NCBI GenBank assembly: GCA_021816935.1
Contig: JAKAWR010000006.1
Location: 86,977-150,976 of the forward strand
Direction: 5' to 3'
DNA length: 64,000 nt
From: Actinomycetes bacterium
GTDB taxonomy: Bacteria; Actinomycetota; Acidimicrobiia; Acidimicrobiales; JAMCPL01
Shown: positions 10,358 to 19,731 of the stretch, piece after piece
Layout: the number at the start of each line of letters is the position of its first letter
How positions within the stretch are numbered: the stretch's first letter is position 1
Made by a program: the position numbers and the translations under genes
The notes under the pieces: model-generated
The model's database searches: none
What the model saw: only the letters and a program-made list of their open reading frames with translations
What the model was told of the DNA's origin: nothing

Positions 10358-11305
10358 ATGGCAAGCGAGCAGATGGCGGCAACCATCGACCTGTTGAAGC
10401 AGATCGGCCCGCTTGATGTAAACATGATGACGGTGGAGTCCATGCGCGCCGTCTACGACCAGATCGGCGATGCGTACCCGCCTGCTGCCGAGACGTTGAT
10501 CGAGGAGGTGGACCTGGCTGGCATCGCCGCAGAGAAGATCACTCGCGGCACCTGCGACTCGTCGCGCGCCATCCTCTACCTGCACGGTGGTGGGTACGTC
10601 ATCGGAAGCCTGAAATCTCACAGGGAGCTCGCCTCTCGCCTCGCCCTTGTAGCGGGATGCGTGGTGTACCTGCTCGACTACCCGCTCGCCCCGGAACATC
10701 CCTATCCGGCAGCCCTGGATGCCGCAAGAGCGGGCTTCGGCGCAATCGCCGGCTCGCTGCCCGCGGGCCTGTCCGTAGCGGGCGACTCGGCCGGCGGGGG
10801 GCTGGCTGCGGCGCTCCTGCTTGCGATGCGCGACGCCGGCGGGCCCCAGCCTCGCGCATGCGCACTCCTTTCACCCTGGCTCGATATGACCATGAGCGGA
10901 CAGTCCTTCAAGACCCGTGCGGCGGCGGATCCCCTGGTGGATCTGGCCCAACTTGAGCAATGGGTGACGTACTACGCCGTCGACCTGGATTCGAGGACCC
11001 CTCTCGTGTCACCGCTTTTCGGCGATCTGGCCGGCCTTCCGCCCGTATACGCGCAGGTGGGAACGCGGGAGGTCCTCTACGATGACGCTGTCCGGTTCAT
11101 CGACCGTGCTCGGGAGGCCGGCGTGGACGCGACGATGGACGCCTTCGACGGGTGTATCCACGTTTTCCAGCAGTTCTCTCCCGATGCCCCCGAATCGCAG
11201 GACGCGCTTGGACGGCTGAGCCGGTTCTTCGGGAGGCACTGGGGATCTGCCGACGAGCTGGCCAGTGGCCACGGACTCGGCCGATGGTCGAGTCCGTCGA
11301 GTTGA
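10358..11305 (+). CDS. Alpha/beta hydrolase fold-3 esterase/lipase (hormone-sensitive-lipase family)
   Basis: HGGG oxyanion motif (ILYLHGGGYVIGS), nucleophile elbow GDSAGG, and a C-terminal His region (CIHVF). The ATG at 10358 has an upstream GAAGGGAG. Confidence 0.8.
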   Translation: MASEQMAATIDLLKQIGPLDVNMMTVESMRAVYDQIGDAYPPAAETLIEEVDLAGIAAEKITRGTCDSSRAILYLHGGGYVIGSLKSHRELASRLALVAGCVVYLLDYPLAPEHPYPAALDAARAGFGAIAGSLPAGLSVAGDSAGGGLAAALLLAMRDAGGPQPRACALLSPWLDMTMSGQSFKTRAAADPLVDLAQLEQWVTYYAVDLDSRTPLVSPLFGDLAGLPPVYAQVGTREVLYDDAVRFIDRAREAGVDATMDAFDGCIHVFQQFSPDAPESQDALGRLSRFFGRHWGSADELASGHGLGRWSSPSS

Positions 11306-11454
11306 CCACGGTCCGATTGCATTCAGCGGCACGAGCCGTTGTAGGATGGCAGCGGCAGTAGTTCGGTTGCTGCCTGCGGGAACGGTCCGGCACGGTCCGG
11401 GTGGCCCGGTGGCATCGCGGATGCCCGGGATCCTGAGTTCAGGAGGTTGCGGTT

Positions 11455-12873
11455 ATGGATGTTCGTGACAAGGTGTACATAGACGGCGCCTGGGTACCGT
11501 CGACGAGCGGTTCGGTGATCGAGGTGATCAACGCTTCGACGGAAGAGGTGATGGGGACGATCCCCGACGGCACGGTTGAAGACGTCAACAAGGCGGTCGA
11601 AGCGGCGCGGAGGGCGTTTCCCTCCTGGTCGGAGACTTCCAGGGAGGAAAGAGGGAAGTCCCTTCGCCGCATCCAGGAGGCGTTGAGCGCCCGTACGAGC
11701 GAGATCGCCGAACTCATTGCACGAGAGGTCGGGACGCCACTGCCCATAGCGAACCTTGTACAGCTCGGTCTGCCGATCATGAGCTTCGCCTCGATGGCCG
11801 ATCTTGCGACGAGTTTCCAGTACGAAGAGGAGATCGGCAACTCCCTGGTGGTGCGCGAGCCCATCGGTGTCGTGGGGGCGATCAGCCCGTGGAACTACCC
11901 GCTGCACCAGATAGCGGCAAAGGTGGCTCCGGCAATGGCGGCCGGCTGCACGGTCGTCGTCAAGCCTTCCCAGGTGGCTCCGTTGAACGCGTTCGTTCTT
12001 GCGGAGATCATCGAGGAAGTCGGCCTTCCGCCGGGCGTCTTCAACCTGGTGTCCGGTGCGGGCAGCGTCATCGGTGAGGCGCTCGCGTCGCATCCCGGGG
12101 TCGACATGGTGTCGCTCACGGGTTCCACTCCGGCTGGGAGGCGAGTCATGATCCAGGCTGCGGACACCATCAAGCGGGTCACGCTGGAACTGGGAGGCAA
12201 GTCGGCTTGCGTAATCCTGCCCGGTGCAGACTTGAAGACCGCCGTTGCGAGCGGGCTCTCCTTCTGCTGGCTCAACTCCGGCCAGACCTGTTCGGCCCAG
12301 ACCCGGATGGTCGTGCCGCGAAGCTCGCTATCCGAGGTAGAAGAATTAGTGCTGGCTGAGGCCGAGAACTACAACCTGGGCGACCCGCTTGACTTCAGCA
12401 CGCGGCTCGGCCCGCTGATCTCGGCTGCCCAGCGCGAGAGCGTGCGCGGCTACATCACGAAGGGCATCGACGAGGGGGCCACCCTGCTAAGGGGTGGGGC
12501 CGAGGCGCCGGAGGAGTTCGATCGCGGGTACTACGTGAAACCGACCGTCTTTACGAACGTCGGTGCGAAGATGACCATAGCCCAGGAGGAGATTTTCGGG
12601 CCCGTGCTCTCGATCCTGCCTTACGACAGCGAAGAAGAGGCGGTGGAGATTGCGAACGACTCGACATACGGGCTCGGAGGTTCGGTATGGGCTTCCGACA
12701 AGTCAGAGGCAGAGCGTGTAGCAAGGAAGATCCGGACCGGCCAGGTCGACCTCAACGGCGGGTCTTTCAACCCGCTTGCGCCGTTCGGCGGGTACAAGCA
12801 GTCGGGTATCGGGCGCGAGCTTGGCCACTTCGGGCTCGAGGAGTACCTGGAGGTGAAGTCGCTCCAGCGCTGA
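11455..12873 (+). CDS. NAD(P)-dependent aldehyde dehydrogenase
   Basis: The ALDH motifs [10 protein letters not shown] and the catalytic-Cys region [11 protein letters not shown], plus [14 protein letters not shown] lies upstream of the ATG. Confidence 0.9.
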   Translation: MDVRDKVYIDGAWVPSTSGSVIEVINASTEEVMGTIPDGTVEDVNKAVEAARRAFPSWSETSREERGKSLRRIQEALSARTSEIAELIAREVGTPLPIANLVQLGLPIMSFASMADLATSFQYEEEIGNSLVVREPIGVVGAISPWNYPLHQIAAKVAPAMAAGCTVVVKPSQVAPLNAFVLAEIIEEVGLPPGVFNLVSGAGSVIGEALASHPGVDMVSLTGSTPAGRRVMIQAADTIKRVTLELGGKSACVILPGADLKTAVASGLSFCWLNSGQTCSAQTRMVVPRSSLSEVEELVLAEAENYNLGDPLDFSTRLGPLISAAQRESVRGYITKGIDEGATLLRGGAEAPEEFDRGYYVKPTVFTNVGAKMTIAQEEIFGPVLSILPYDSEEEAVEIANDSTYGLGGSVWASDKSEAERVARKIRTGQVDLNGGSFNPLAPFGGYKQSGIGRELGHFGLEEYLEVKSLQR

Positions 12874-12883
12874 GGCGCTTGCG

Positions 12884-12901
12884 GCGTTTCCGTGGAAACG
12901 C
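12884..12901 (+). terminator. Weak hairpin just after the aldehyde dehydrogenase stop
   Basis: GCGTTTCC-GT-GGAAACGC, 11 nt after the TGA. There is no clear U-tract, so it is only a candidate. Confidence 0.25.
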
Positions 12902-13074
12902 TATCACTGGGCCCGGCGCTATAATTGGGCGGGGCGCAAAGCCCGGGCTTAGAGCCGTGCCGTCTTTGCGGTGGAGGGGAGGGTGGCTTACCAATGGTAG
13001 TCGCAGGCGATTGTCCTGCACGTTTGTGATTTCGCGTGGTTCTGCGAGGTCGTGTATTGAGAGGTCTCGTTGCT

Positions 13075-13416
13075 ATGAACATCTCCGAGGTTGTGGACAG
13101 CCGGTATACTAAAGATGACATTCCCGAGTTCGGGCCGGGTGACACTGTCAAGGTGCACGTCCGGGTTGTCGAGGGAAGCCGCGAGAGGGTCCAGACGTTC
13201 CAGGGAGTCGTTATCAAGCGGCGCGGTGAGGGAGCGCGCTCGAGTTTCACGGTCAGGAAGATCAGCTTCGGTGTGGGCGTCGAGCGGACTTTCCCTGTTC
13301 ATTCCCCGGTGATCTCGGGCATCGAGCGGGTCACCCGGGGCGACGTCAGGCGGGCGAAGCTCTATTATCTGCGGGATCGAATCGGGAAGGCCGCCAAGGT
13401 CAAGGAGAAGCGCTGA
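13075..13416 (+). CDS. rplS: 50S ribosomal protein L19
   Basis: [51 protein letters not shown]...[43 protein letters not shown]. Confidence 0.95.
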   Translation: MNISEVVDSRYTKDDIPEFGPGDTVKVHVRVVEGSRERVQTFQGVVIKRRGEGARSSFTVRKISFGVGVERTFPVHSPVISGIERVTRGDVRRAKLYYLRDRIGKAAKVKEKR

Positions 13417-13480
13417 GGCTTTGAGCAGCCGGGCGAGGGCGAGATCGACGGTCGCTGAATAGCTAATCATCACTAGAAAG

Positions 13481-13510
13481 CAATCAGCCTGCCTTGCGGC
13501 AGGCTGATTG
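13481..13510. terminator. Perfect 13-bp-stem hairpin, candidate bidirectional terminator
   Basis: CAATCAGCCTGCC-TTGC-GGCAGGCTGATTG, 65 nt after the rplS stop. On the minus strand it is followed by CTTTCT. There is no long U-tract. Confidence 0.5.
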
Positions 13511-13734
13511 CAGTGTACCGGCCTCTCCCGGGGCAGGGGATAGACCGGAAGGGGAACCGTCTTGGGGGCTGTACGGATTCCCCTGGAACTGGCGCTTAGA
13601 GACTCGCTATTCGCTGAGGCTCGTTACAGTGAGGTGTGATCACGCCGGTTCGTTCGTAGAGAGCCTGGCACATCGAGGGATCGGGTCCACCGGAAGGCGC
13701 ACGCGCCCGGTGGCTGTGCCAGTTGCCCTCGGAC

Positions 13735-14118
13735 TCAAGCGGCGAGGGTCGCGATGATCTTCTCGCGTACCTGCTTCCCGACCTGGCGTGCCTGTGCTTG
13801 CGCCTTGGTGACTGCGGTACGAGCCTGCTCGGGGAGGCGGGCCTCTATGGGACCGAGCCCGGCCTCGATGCGGTCCAGCAACTGCTCGACCCGCGTGTCG
13901 GCCTTCTCGACCTGCTTTGCGAGTTCGGCCTTCGCCGCGTCAATCGTTGCCTGGATGTTATCGCCGGAACCGCCAAAGCGCTCCGAGAACTCCTTCGACA
14001 GCTCCTGCCTACGGACCTGAGCCCGCTGGAAGCCGATCACTCCAAGCCCGATGGCCACGTATGCGGCATTCTTGGCTGCGTCCGCCACGCTCTCAGTACT
14101 TTCCTTCAGGTTAGGCAT
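13735..14118 (-). CDS. Hypothetical small protein, one N-terminal hydrophobic segment followed by a predicted coiled coil
   Basis: 127-aa ORF: MPNLKESTESVADAAKNAAYVAIGLGVIGF...AKAELAKQVEKADTRVEQLLDRIEAGLGPIEARLPEQART. I recognise no family. An AT-rich promoter-like region lies upstream (14190-14260). Confidence 0.5.
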   Translation of the reverse strand: MPNLKESTESVADAAKNAAYVAIGLGVIGFQRAQVRRQELSKEFSERFGGSGDNIQATIDAAKAELAKQVEKADTRVEQLLDRIEAGLGPIEARLPEQARTAVTKAQAQARQVGKQVREKIIATLAA

Positions 14119-14365
14119 TCAAACCCTCCCGCTCATATGCGGCAAGCGGTGCTGCATCTTTACGACGCTCTGCTTTCCCGCCTGCATCCGATTCTTCCTG
14201 CTAATTATTATATCCGGGCAGTTAAACAATTGCAAGCACGAACATGAAAATGCTCTGTGAACAGGCATGGCAGTTGCGGCTTGCTGGGAATCGGCCTGCT
14301 GCACGACGGCCCGCAGAGCGGTATCGTCTTGGCCGGGGTTACGGCGAAGTGGTAGGGTGCTCGGA

Positions 14366-17300
14366 GTGAATGGAACCGCTGACGCCTCGCCGGGCGGCGA
14401 GACCGATGCGCTGGCGCCGGCAGTTGGGATCGTGGTAGTTGCAAGTGATCCCGGCGATTGGTTCGAGACTACGCTCGAATCGCTTGGCGACCAGGATTAC
14501 CCGGAGACTGTGACCATTGTCGTGGACTCCGGCAACAGGGAGCGGGAGAGCGGCGAATCTCTGGCGAGACGCGTAGCAGGTATCCTTCCGGAAGCCTACG
14601 TGGTCGATGCTGCGGGCAATGTCGGGTTCGCGGCAGCGGTGGACCTCGCTCTCGAGAAGGTAGAGGGGGCAGATTACCTGCTTCTCTGCCATGACGACGT
14701 AGCACTCGATCCCGATTCGTTGAGGCGGATGGTGACCGAGGCGTACCATTCCAATGCCGGGATAGTAACCCCGAAGTTCGTGGAGTGGAACGACGAAACG
14801 GCGCTCCAGCACGTTGGGGTACTGGTCGACAAGTGCGGGGTGGCGGTCGAAAGGGTGGAGCCCGACGAGAAGGATCATGGTCAGCACGACGGCGTGTTCG
14901 AGGTCTTCTCGGCACCGGGGGGATGCACCCTTGTCAGGGGCGATCTCCTCCGTGAACTTGGAGGGCTCGACCCGGCGATGGTGGCTATGGGGGAGGACGT
15001 CAATCTCTGCTGGAGGGCGCGGGTGGCGGGATCTCGCGTGCTTTTCTGCTCGTCTGCGCGGGTGCGCCATCTGGAGGCTATGGCGGCCGGCCTGCGGCCC
15101 TTCTCCGTGTGGGAGACGGGTACGTGGGTCAGGGGAGCGGCGGGGGAAGACGGTTCCGGCAGGGGCAATGACAACGGCGGTGTAGACGGTTCCGACAGGG
15201 GCGAAGGCCACAACGGCGACTCCGGTCCAGGGGGCGACTCCGGTCCAGGGGGCGACTCCGGTCCAGGCGCCCACAGCGGGCAGGCAGCAGGTGCATCGCA
15301 GGACGCGGGTTCGCTTGCATCGGCGCACCCGCCGGGCAGCGGAAGGTGGCCGAGCGGACGGGAGGTAAGCACGCGTTTCGACGAGGCTGCTCTGATGGCC
15401 GACCTGAAGAGGCGCCACGAGCTGAAGACTGTTCTATCTGTCTACGATGGGTGGCACCTGATGCTAGTGCTTCCGGTCCTGGCGGTTCTCCACCTGGTCG
15501 AGATGGCTCTCGCTTTCGTAGGGGGGCAAAGGACGCGCTCCAGAGCAGTTGCCCGCGCATGGCAATGGAACCTCGGCCACTTGAAGGCAATATCTGAAGC
15601 CAGGGCTGCGGTGGCTGCCACACGGAGAGTGACCGACCACGACGTAATGCGGTTCCAGCTGGGGGGCTTTGCTCGTGCATCGGCTTATGTGAAGCGAGTT
15701 TCCCTGCACGGCCTGACCGGAGCGCATCTGGCGGAGCCGCCGGCTGCCATGGCACCGGACGAACGCCCGTGGTGGGTGGGGTGGCGCAGCAAGTCGCTCG
15801 TTGCCGGCTGGATCGTAGCGATTGTTGTCCTTCTTTACGGGAGTCGGGATCTCCTCAGAGGCCACTTGCCCGCCGTCGGGTCTTTCCTGCCGCCTCCGAG
15901 CTGGACCGCAGGGATATCTCACTTCTTTACGGGATGGGGTATTGCCAGCCTCGGGCCCCGCGTTCCCTCGTCGCCTGCGAGCCTTGCCTTCGGGATCGTG
16001 AGCTTCCTGCTGGCGGGTTCGTCCGGCCTCGCATTGAAAGTGCTGATCCTGGGAACGGTTCCGGCCGGTGCGTTCGGCATGTGGATACTGGCGCGCCCGT
16101 TGGCGTCCAGGTTGGCCCGGACGGTGGCAACGCTCATGTACCTCTCGATTCCCGCGGTCTACGGCGACATTTCGGCAGGTCACCTGCAGGGACTGGTCGC
16201 CTTTGCGGCGGCGCCGTTTGTGGTTCTTGCCGCGACGCCAGATCGTCTTACTGGCCGCCGGGCAGGTCATAGCGAACGCTCCCGAGAGGCGGCCGGCGCC
16301 GATATGTCGTGGCGAGAGCTTGTACGGAGCAGCCTTCCCACCATTGCGCGGCGCGGCATCACGGTGGGCCTTGTCACGGCCGTCTTTGCAATGGTGTCGC
16401 CGGCCGTGCTCGACTTTCCGCTCCTTCTCGCCCTGGCCGGTGCGGCCGGCTTTCCGGACATCGGTGAACGTCGAGAGCGACTCTGCCGATGCCTGGGGAC
16501 CCTCGCGGGCTGGTTTGTGGCCGTGCTCCTACTCGTCCCGTGGTCCATTTACTCGCTGGCCGGGTTGAGTCCGCTCGCGGTGTTCAAGGGCGGCTCCCTT
16601 GTGCCGGGATCGATTGGTTCGTGGACCAGCCTGCTCAGGTTCCACACGGGCAGCTTCGCAGCCAACCCGTTATCGTACGGGTTTGTTGCCCTGGCACTGG
16701 CGGCGATTCTCGTGCTGCGTGGTAGGCGTCTGAGCTGGGCGTTCTGGGCGTGGACCGTGGCACTTATCGCTCTCGCCGGCGGCTGGCTGACCGGGCGCAA
16801 CTGGCTGGGTCCGGTTGGCCTGGTACCGGGCGTCGTGGAATTGCTGGCCGCACTTGCCTTATGCGCCGTAATCGGGTTGGGGGTCGATGAGCTCGTGGAG
16901 AGGTTCCATAAGATGGAGCGAGCAAGGTCAAGACCCGGGGTCGCGTTTCTCGCAGCGGGAGCCGTGATTGCCGCGCTGGCGGTTACCGTGACCCCTACGG
17001 TGGCGGACGCGGCGGGGGGTGCATGGGGCCTCGTTCAGTACGGTTTCGGCACGGTCTCGCCGGTGCACGGTGCGGTCGCCGTGGTGCCGGCTTCTGGCGG
17101 CGGGTCTTCTCGAGGCGGGACCCTCTGGCTCGCCAATCCCGCGGTACTGCCGTATGCCCACGGGGTAACGCAGGGTCTCGGCTATGCGGTCTCCGGGGGT
17201 TGGCTCCCGGACTACGGCTGGCTTTGGAGCGCCTCGGTACCCGCAGGGGGAGGGAGGGTGATGGGTGACGTTCAGGCGGCCGGCAGCGGGAAGGTTGCGA

Positions 17301-17620
17301 CGCTCGGTCAGATGCTCGGGAAGCTCGGGATCAGATATGTCGTGGAGGCTAACTCGTATGCCCCCCAGGTGCCGGGCGTCCAGACCACGGCCATTCAGCG
17401 TCCGATTCCGAACCTGGTGGACGAGTTGAGGGCACAGACCGATCTCGTGGAGGTGGCGGGGACGAGCGGGTACGAACTGTTCGTGGTCACGGCACCGCAC
17501 CGGGGCAGGTCCCGGGGATCGGTCATACCGTGGTACGTGCCGGTTCTGGCAGTTCTCGAACTGGCGCTATGGGTCGTCGGCGTCATTGCGCTGGCCCGGC
17601 TGCGGAGGAGGGGAGGGTGA
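14366..17620 (+). CDS. Large bifunctional-looking protein: N-terminal GT2 glycosyltransferase, disordered repeat linker, and a polytopic membrane domain
   Basis: GT2 core: VGIVVVASDPGDWFETTLESLGDQDYP...LLLCHDDVALDPDSL...GGCTLVRGDLLRELGGLDP...EDVNLCWRARVAGSRV. It is followed by >10 hydrophobic helices. The start is uncertain (GTG at 14357 or 14366, or as far upstream as 14267). Confidence 0.75.
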   Translation: MNGTADASPGGETDALAPAVGIVVVASDPGDWFETTLESLGDQDYPETVTIVVDSGNRERESGESLARRVAGILPEAYVVDAAGNVGFAAAVDLALEKVEGADYLLLCHDDVALDPDSLRRMVTEAYHSNAGIVTPKFVEWNDETALQHVGVLVDKCGVAVERVEPDEKDHGQHDGVFEVFSAPGGCTLVRGDLLRELGGLDPAMVAMGEDVNLCWRARVAGSRVLFCSSARVRHLEAMAAGLRPFSVWETGTWVRGAAGEDGSGRGNDNGGVDGSDRGEGHNGDSGPGGDSGPGGDSGPGAHSGQAAGASQDAGSLASAHPPGSGRWPSGREVSTRFDEAALMADLKRRHELKTVLSVYDGWHLMLVLPVLAVLHLVEMALAFVGGQRTRSRAVARAWQWNLGHLKAISEARAAVAATRRVTDHDVMRFQLGGFARASAYVKRVSLHGLTGAHLAEPPAAMAPDERPWWVGWRSKSLVAGWIVAIVVLLYGSRDLLRGHLPAVGSFLPPPSWTAGISHFFTGWGIASLGPRVPSSPASLAFGIVSFLLAGSSGLALKVLILGTVPAGAFGMWILARPLASRLARTVATLMYLSIPAVYGDISAGHLQGLVAFAAAPFVVLAATPDRLTGRRAGHSERSREAAGADMSWRELVRSSLPTIARRGITVGLVTAVFAMVSPAVLDFPLLLALAGAAGFPDIGERRERLCRCLGTLAGWFVAVLLLVPWSIYSLAGLSPLAVFKGGSLVPGSIGSWTSLLRFHTGSFAANPLSYGFVALALAAILVLRGRRLSWAFWAWTVALIALAGGWLTGRNWLGPVGLVPGVVELLAALALCAVIGLGVDELVERFHKMERARSRPGVAFLAAGAVIAALAVTVTPTVADAAGGAWGLVQYGFGTVSPVHGAVAVVPASGGGSSRGGTLWLANPAVLPYAHGVTQGLGYAVSGGWLPDYGWLWSASVPAGGGRVMGDVQAAGSGKVATLGQMLGKLGIRYVVEANSYAPQVPGVQTTAIQRPIPNLVDELRAQTDLVEVAGTSGYELFVVTAPHRGRSRGSVIPWYVPVLAVLELALWVVGVIALARLRRRGG
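15147..15268. repeat. Nested in-frame tandem repeats in the GT2 linker (about 36 bp x2, then 18 bp x3)
   Basis: ggcgactccggtccaggg x3 at 15215-15268 encodes GDSGPG x3. It is preceded by two diverged ~36-bp units encoding DGSGRGNDNGGV / DGSDRGEGHNGD. Confidence 0.85.
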
Positions 17621-19383
17621 CGGGGACCGCGTGGCGCCTTTCCGGGTTGCTTCACCGCCTGGGGCGCAAGGTCCCGGCGGCACCTGACGGCCCATCCCTT
17701 GCCGGGCCGCTGCAGCGCCTCCGGCGCCCGGAGGAGATCGGGATGCGGGATCGGGTGCTTGTTGTCGCGGGCGCCCTTCTCGTCCTCGTAGGGGTCGGGC
17801 TGATCGATGCCGCCGTGGGGAGGAGCGCCGGCCAGCAGCTCCCGGGCGGTGGGGGCGCGCTGGCACTGTCGGAGGTGTCTGCTGGCGGGTCGAGATCCTC
17901 AGCGTGGTACTGTCCCGGAGCGACCGGGGCAAAAGGAGCGGCGCCGGTGAGCCTCATTATTACATCGGACAGCGCGAAGCCGGTCCAGGCCACCGTGCGA
18001 GCCGTGTCATCCATAGGTATCGAGCGCTACTCCGTGATGCCGGTGCGGCCTGGTGCGCAGGTCACGGTTAACCTGTTCAGCATGCTCTCCGGGCCATTCC
18101 TGGGAGCCTCCGTCGTTGTGCAGGGCGGCGGCGTGGCGGTGAGTGAGGCTGCGGCGGGCTTTACCGGGTGGTCGGTAGCTCCCTGCGCCCCTGCCGGCGC
18201 GACGTCATGGTACCTGCCGGACGGATCTACGGCAGGAGGGGCTCACCTCTTCGTCGAGCTGCTCAATCCCGAGCCGAGCGCGGCCGTGGTGGACCTGTCG
18301 TTCTCCGATCCCGCCGGCAGCGTTTCTCCGCCTGCATTCCAGGGGATAGAGGTACCGGCCGACGGCCTTGACGTAATCGACTCGGGTGAGCACGTTGTGT
18401 CGGAAGGCCCGATTGCCACGACCGTCAGCGCGGTAACGGGTACCATCGTTGCGGCCGAATTGCAGGCGGGAGCGGAGGGGTCCTCCAGTGTCAGGGACAG
18501 CGGTATGGCCCTGGTGCTCGGCTCACCGGTGGCGTCGCCACGGTGGTCGATCCCGGCCACCGCCGATGTAGCAGGTTCGCAGGTTGCGTTCCACGTGTTC
18601 GATCCCGCCGCATCGAGTGCAAAGGTTCGGTTGACATTTGCCTGGATTGGGGGATCCCAGAGTGTCGAGATCACCGTTCCCGCCGGAGCGACAACCGTAG
18701 TGCTCCCCACCTCTGTTCAGGGCATTCCCGCAGGTACCGTATACCAGGTATCGGCGACTTCGCTCAACGGGGTGGACGTGGTGGTGAGCCGGTCGGAAGC
18801 CCTTGCTGCGGCGGCGCTTGCGCATCCTCCCACGACGGCCTTCGGGATGGTCCTCGGCTACGCCACGGGAGCGCGAGACTGGCTCATTCCCGCGTTGCCG
18901 GTGGAGGGTACGAGCATTGCTCGGATGGCCGTGGTCGACCTCTCGTCGAAGCCTGCGAGCATCAGCCTGTACCTGGCGGGGAACGCGCCGGTGCCTTCCG
19001 CGTCGTCTTCGTCAGCACCGCCGCCCCAGTCTTTGCCTGACCCTGCGGGCTCGTCCGCGTCCGCAGGGTCGGCCGGATCGAGCCCACTTACCGAGGACAG
19101 CGTATCGCCATCGGCTCCGTTGATTCTCGTGCCCGCCCCTGACGGCACAACCTCGTCGCAGGCGGGCAGCGGAGGAGGCGCGGGCTCCCCGGGCAGTCCG
19201 GTTGCTGCGGGGTCGACAGTCAGCACCGCCGGTGCAGGCTTTTCCGGGAACGCTCCTGACGTCCCGGGCCTGGGGGCCGTACCACTCGTGATGCGAGCGA
19301 ACCACCGGGTAGCCGTTGAGATCGACCTGGGTCCTGCCGCCACTGCGGGCATTGTCACGATGCCGGGGCTCGTGGTCCGCTGA
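17617..19383 (+). CDS. Membrane-anchored, beta-rich extracytoplasmic protein, DUF5719-like (assignment from memory, unverified)
   Basis: GTG at 17617 overlaps the upstream TGA (GTGA). An alternative start is the ATG at 17743 (MRDRVLVVAGALLVLVGV = TM anchor). It has a SSAWYCPGATG motif followed by long beta-rich sequence and a Ser/Ala/Gly-rich C-terminal region. The position directly after a >1000-aa GT2 membrane protein matches an arrangement I recall as conserved in Actinomycetota. Confidence 0.5.
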   Translation: MTGTAWRLSGLLHRLGRKVPAAPDGPSLAGPLQRLRRPEEIGMRDRVLVVAGALLVLVGVGLIDAAVGRSAGQQLPGGGGALALSEVSAGGSRSSAWYCPGATGAKGAAPVSLIITSDSAKPVQATVRAVSSIGIERYSVMPVRPGAQVTVNLFSMLSGPFLGASVVVQGGGVAVSEAAAGFTGWSVAPCAPAGATSWYLPDGSTAGGAHLFVELLNPEPSAAVVDLSFSDPAGSVSPPAFQGIEVPADGLDVIDSGEHVVSEGPIATTVSAVTGTIVAAELQAGAEGSSSVRDSGMALVLGSPVASPRWSIPATADVAGSQVAFHVFDPAASSAKVRLTFAWIGGSQSVEITVPAGATTVVLPTSVQGIPAGTVYQVSATSLNGVDVVVSRSEALAAAALAHPPTTAFGMVLGYATGARDWLIPALPVEGTSIARMAVVDLSSKPASISLYLAGNAPVPSASSSSAPPPQSLPDPAGSSASAGSAGSSPLTEDSVSPSAPLILVPAPDGTTSSQAGSGGGAGSPGSPVAAGSTVSTAGAGFSGNAPDVPGLGAVPLVMRANHRVAVEIDLGPAATAGIVTMPGLVVR

Positions 19384-19407
19384 TACCATGGCCGACCTGC
19401 TGGTCGG

Positions 19408-19695
19408 TTGCTGCCGGCCAGGGCACCCTTCGCTCTCCCGGTTCGTCGCAACCTTGACCAGGCACAGGCCGACATGCGCGACCACTTCACATGGCGGCCG
19501 ATTGTTCCTAACCGGGCGACGATCGAGAGAGCGTGGCACGTAGAGAACTGCTTCCACCTTTCTTACTGGGACTCACTGATCGTTGCTGCTGAGCGCGAAG
19601 CGGGTTACGAGCGCTTGCTCAGTGAATACCTCCAGGATGGTCAGGACCTGGACGGTGTGAGGGTGGTAAATCCGTTCCGCCACGCCCCGGACTGA
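19408..19695 (+). pseudogene. Remnant of a PIN-domain (VapC-like) toxin gene; only the C-terminal half is recognisable
   Basis: The C-terminal ~60 aa, IERAWHVENCFHLSYWDSLIVAAEREAGYERLLSEYLQDGQDLDGVRVVNPF, match the usual PIN pattern SxWDxLIxAAA...L(L/Y)(S/T)EDLQxGQ...NPF, but with Y in place of the acidic residue (SEYL versus SEDL). No N-terminal DxNVL-type motif and no upstream antitoxin ORF are present. Confidence 0.45.
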
Positions 19696-19731
19696 CGTCG
19701 GCGAGGTTGCGAGCCGGAACCGCCGGGTGGG

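Noticed and set aside
12917-12922. A TATAAT hexamer upstream of rplS, considered as a promoter -10 element.
   Set aside because: There is no acceptable -35 at 16-19 bp spacing, and actinobacterial promoters are too degenerate to call from one hexamer. It was not reported as a feature.
13565-13584. GGGGCTGTACGGATTC resembles the conserved 5' end of tmRNA (GGGGCTG...GGATTCGAC).
   Set aside because: No tRNA-like 3' end (GGTTCGAnTCC...CTCCACCA) occurs within 400 nt. The required span would overlap a plausible minus-strand CDS, and no tag-peptide ORF is evident.
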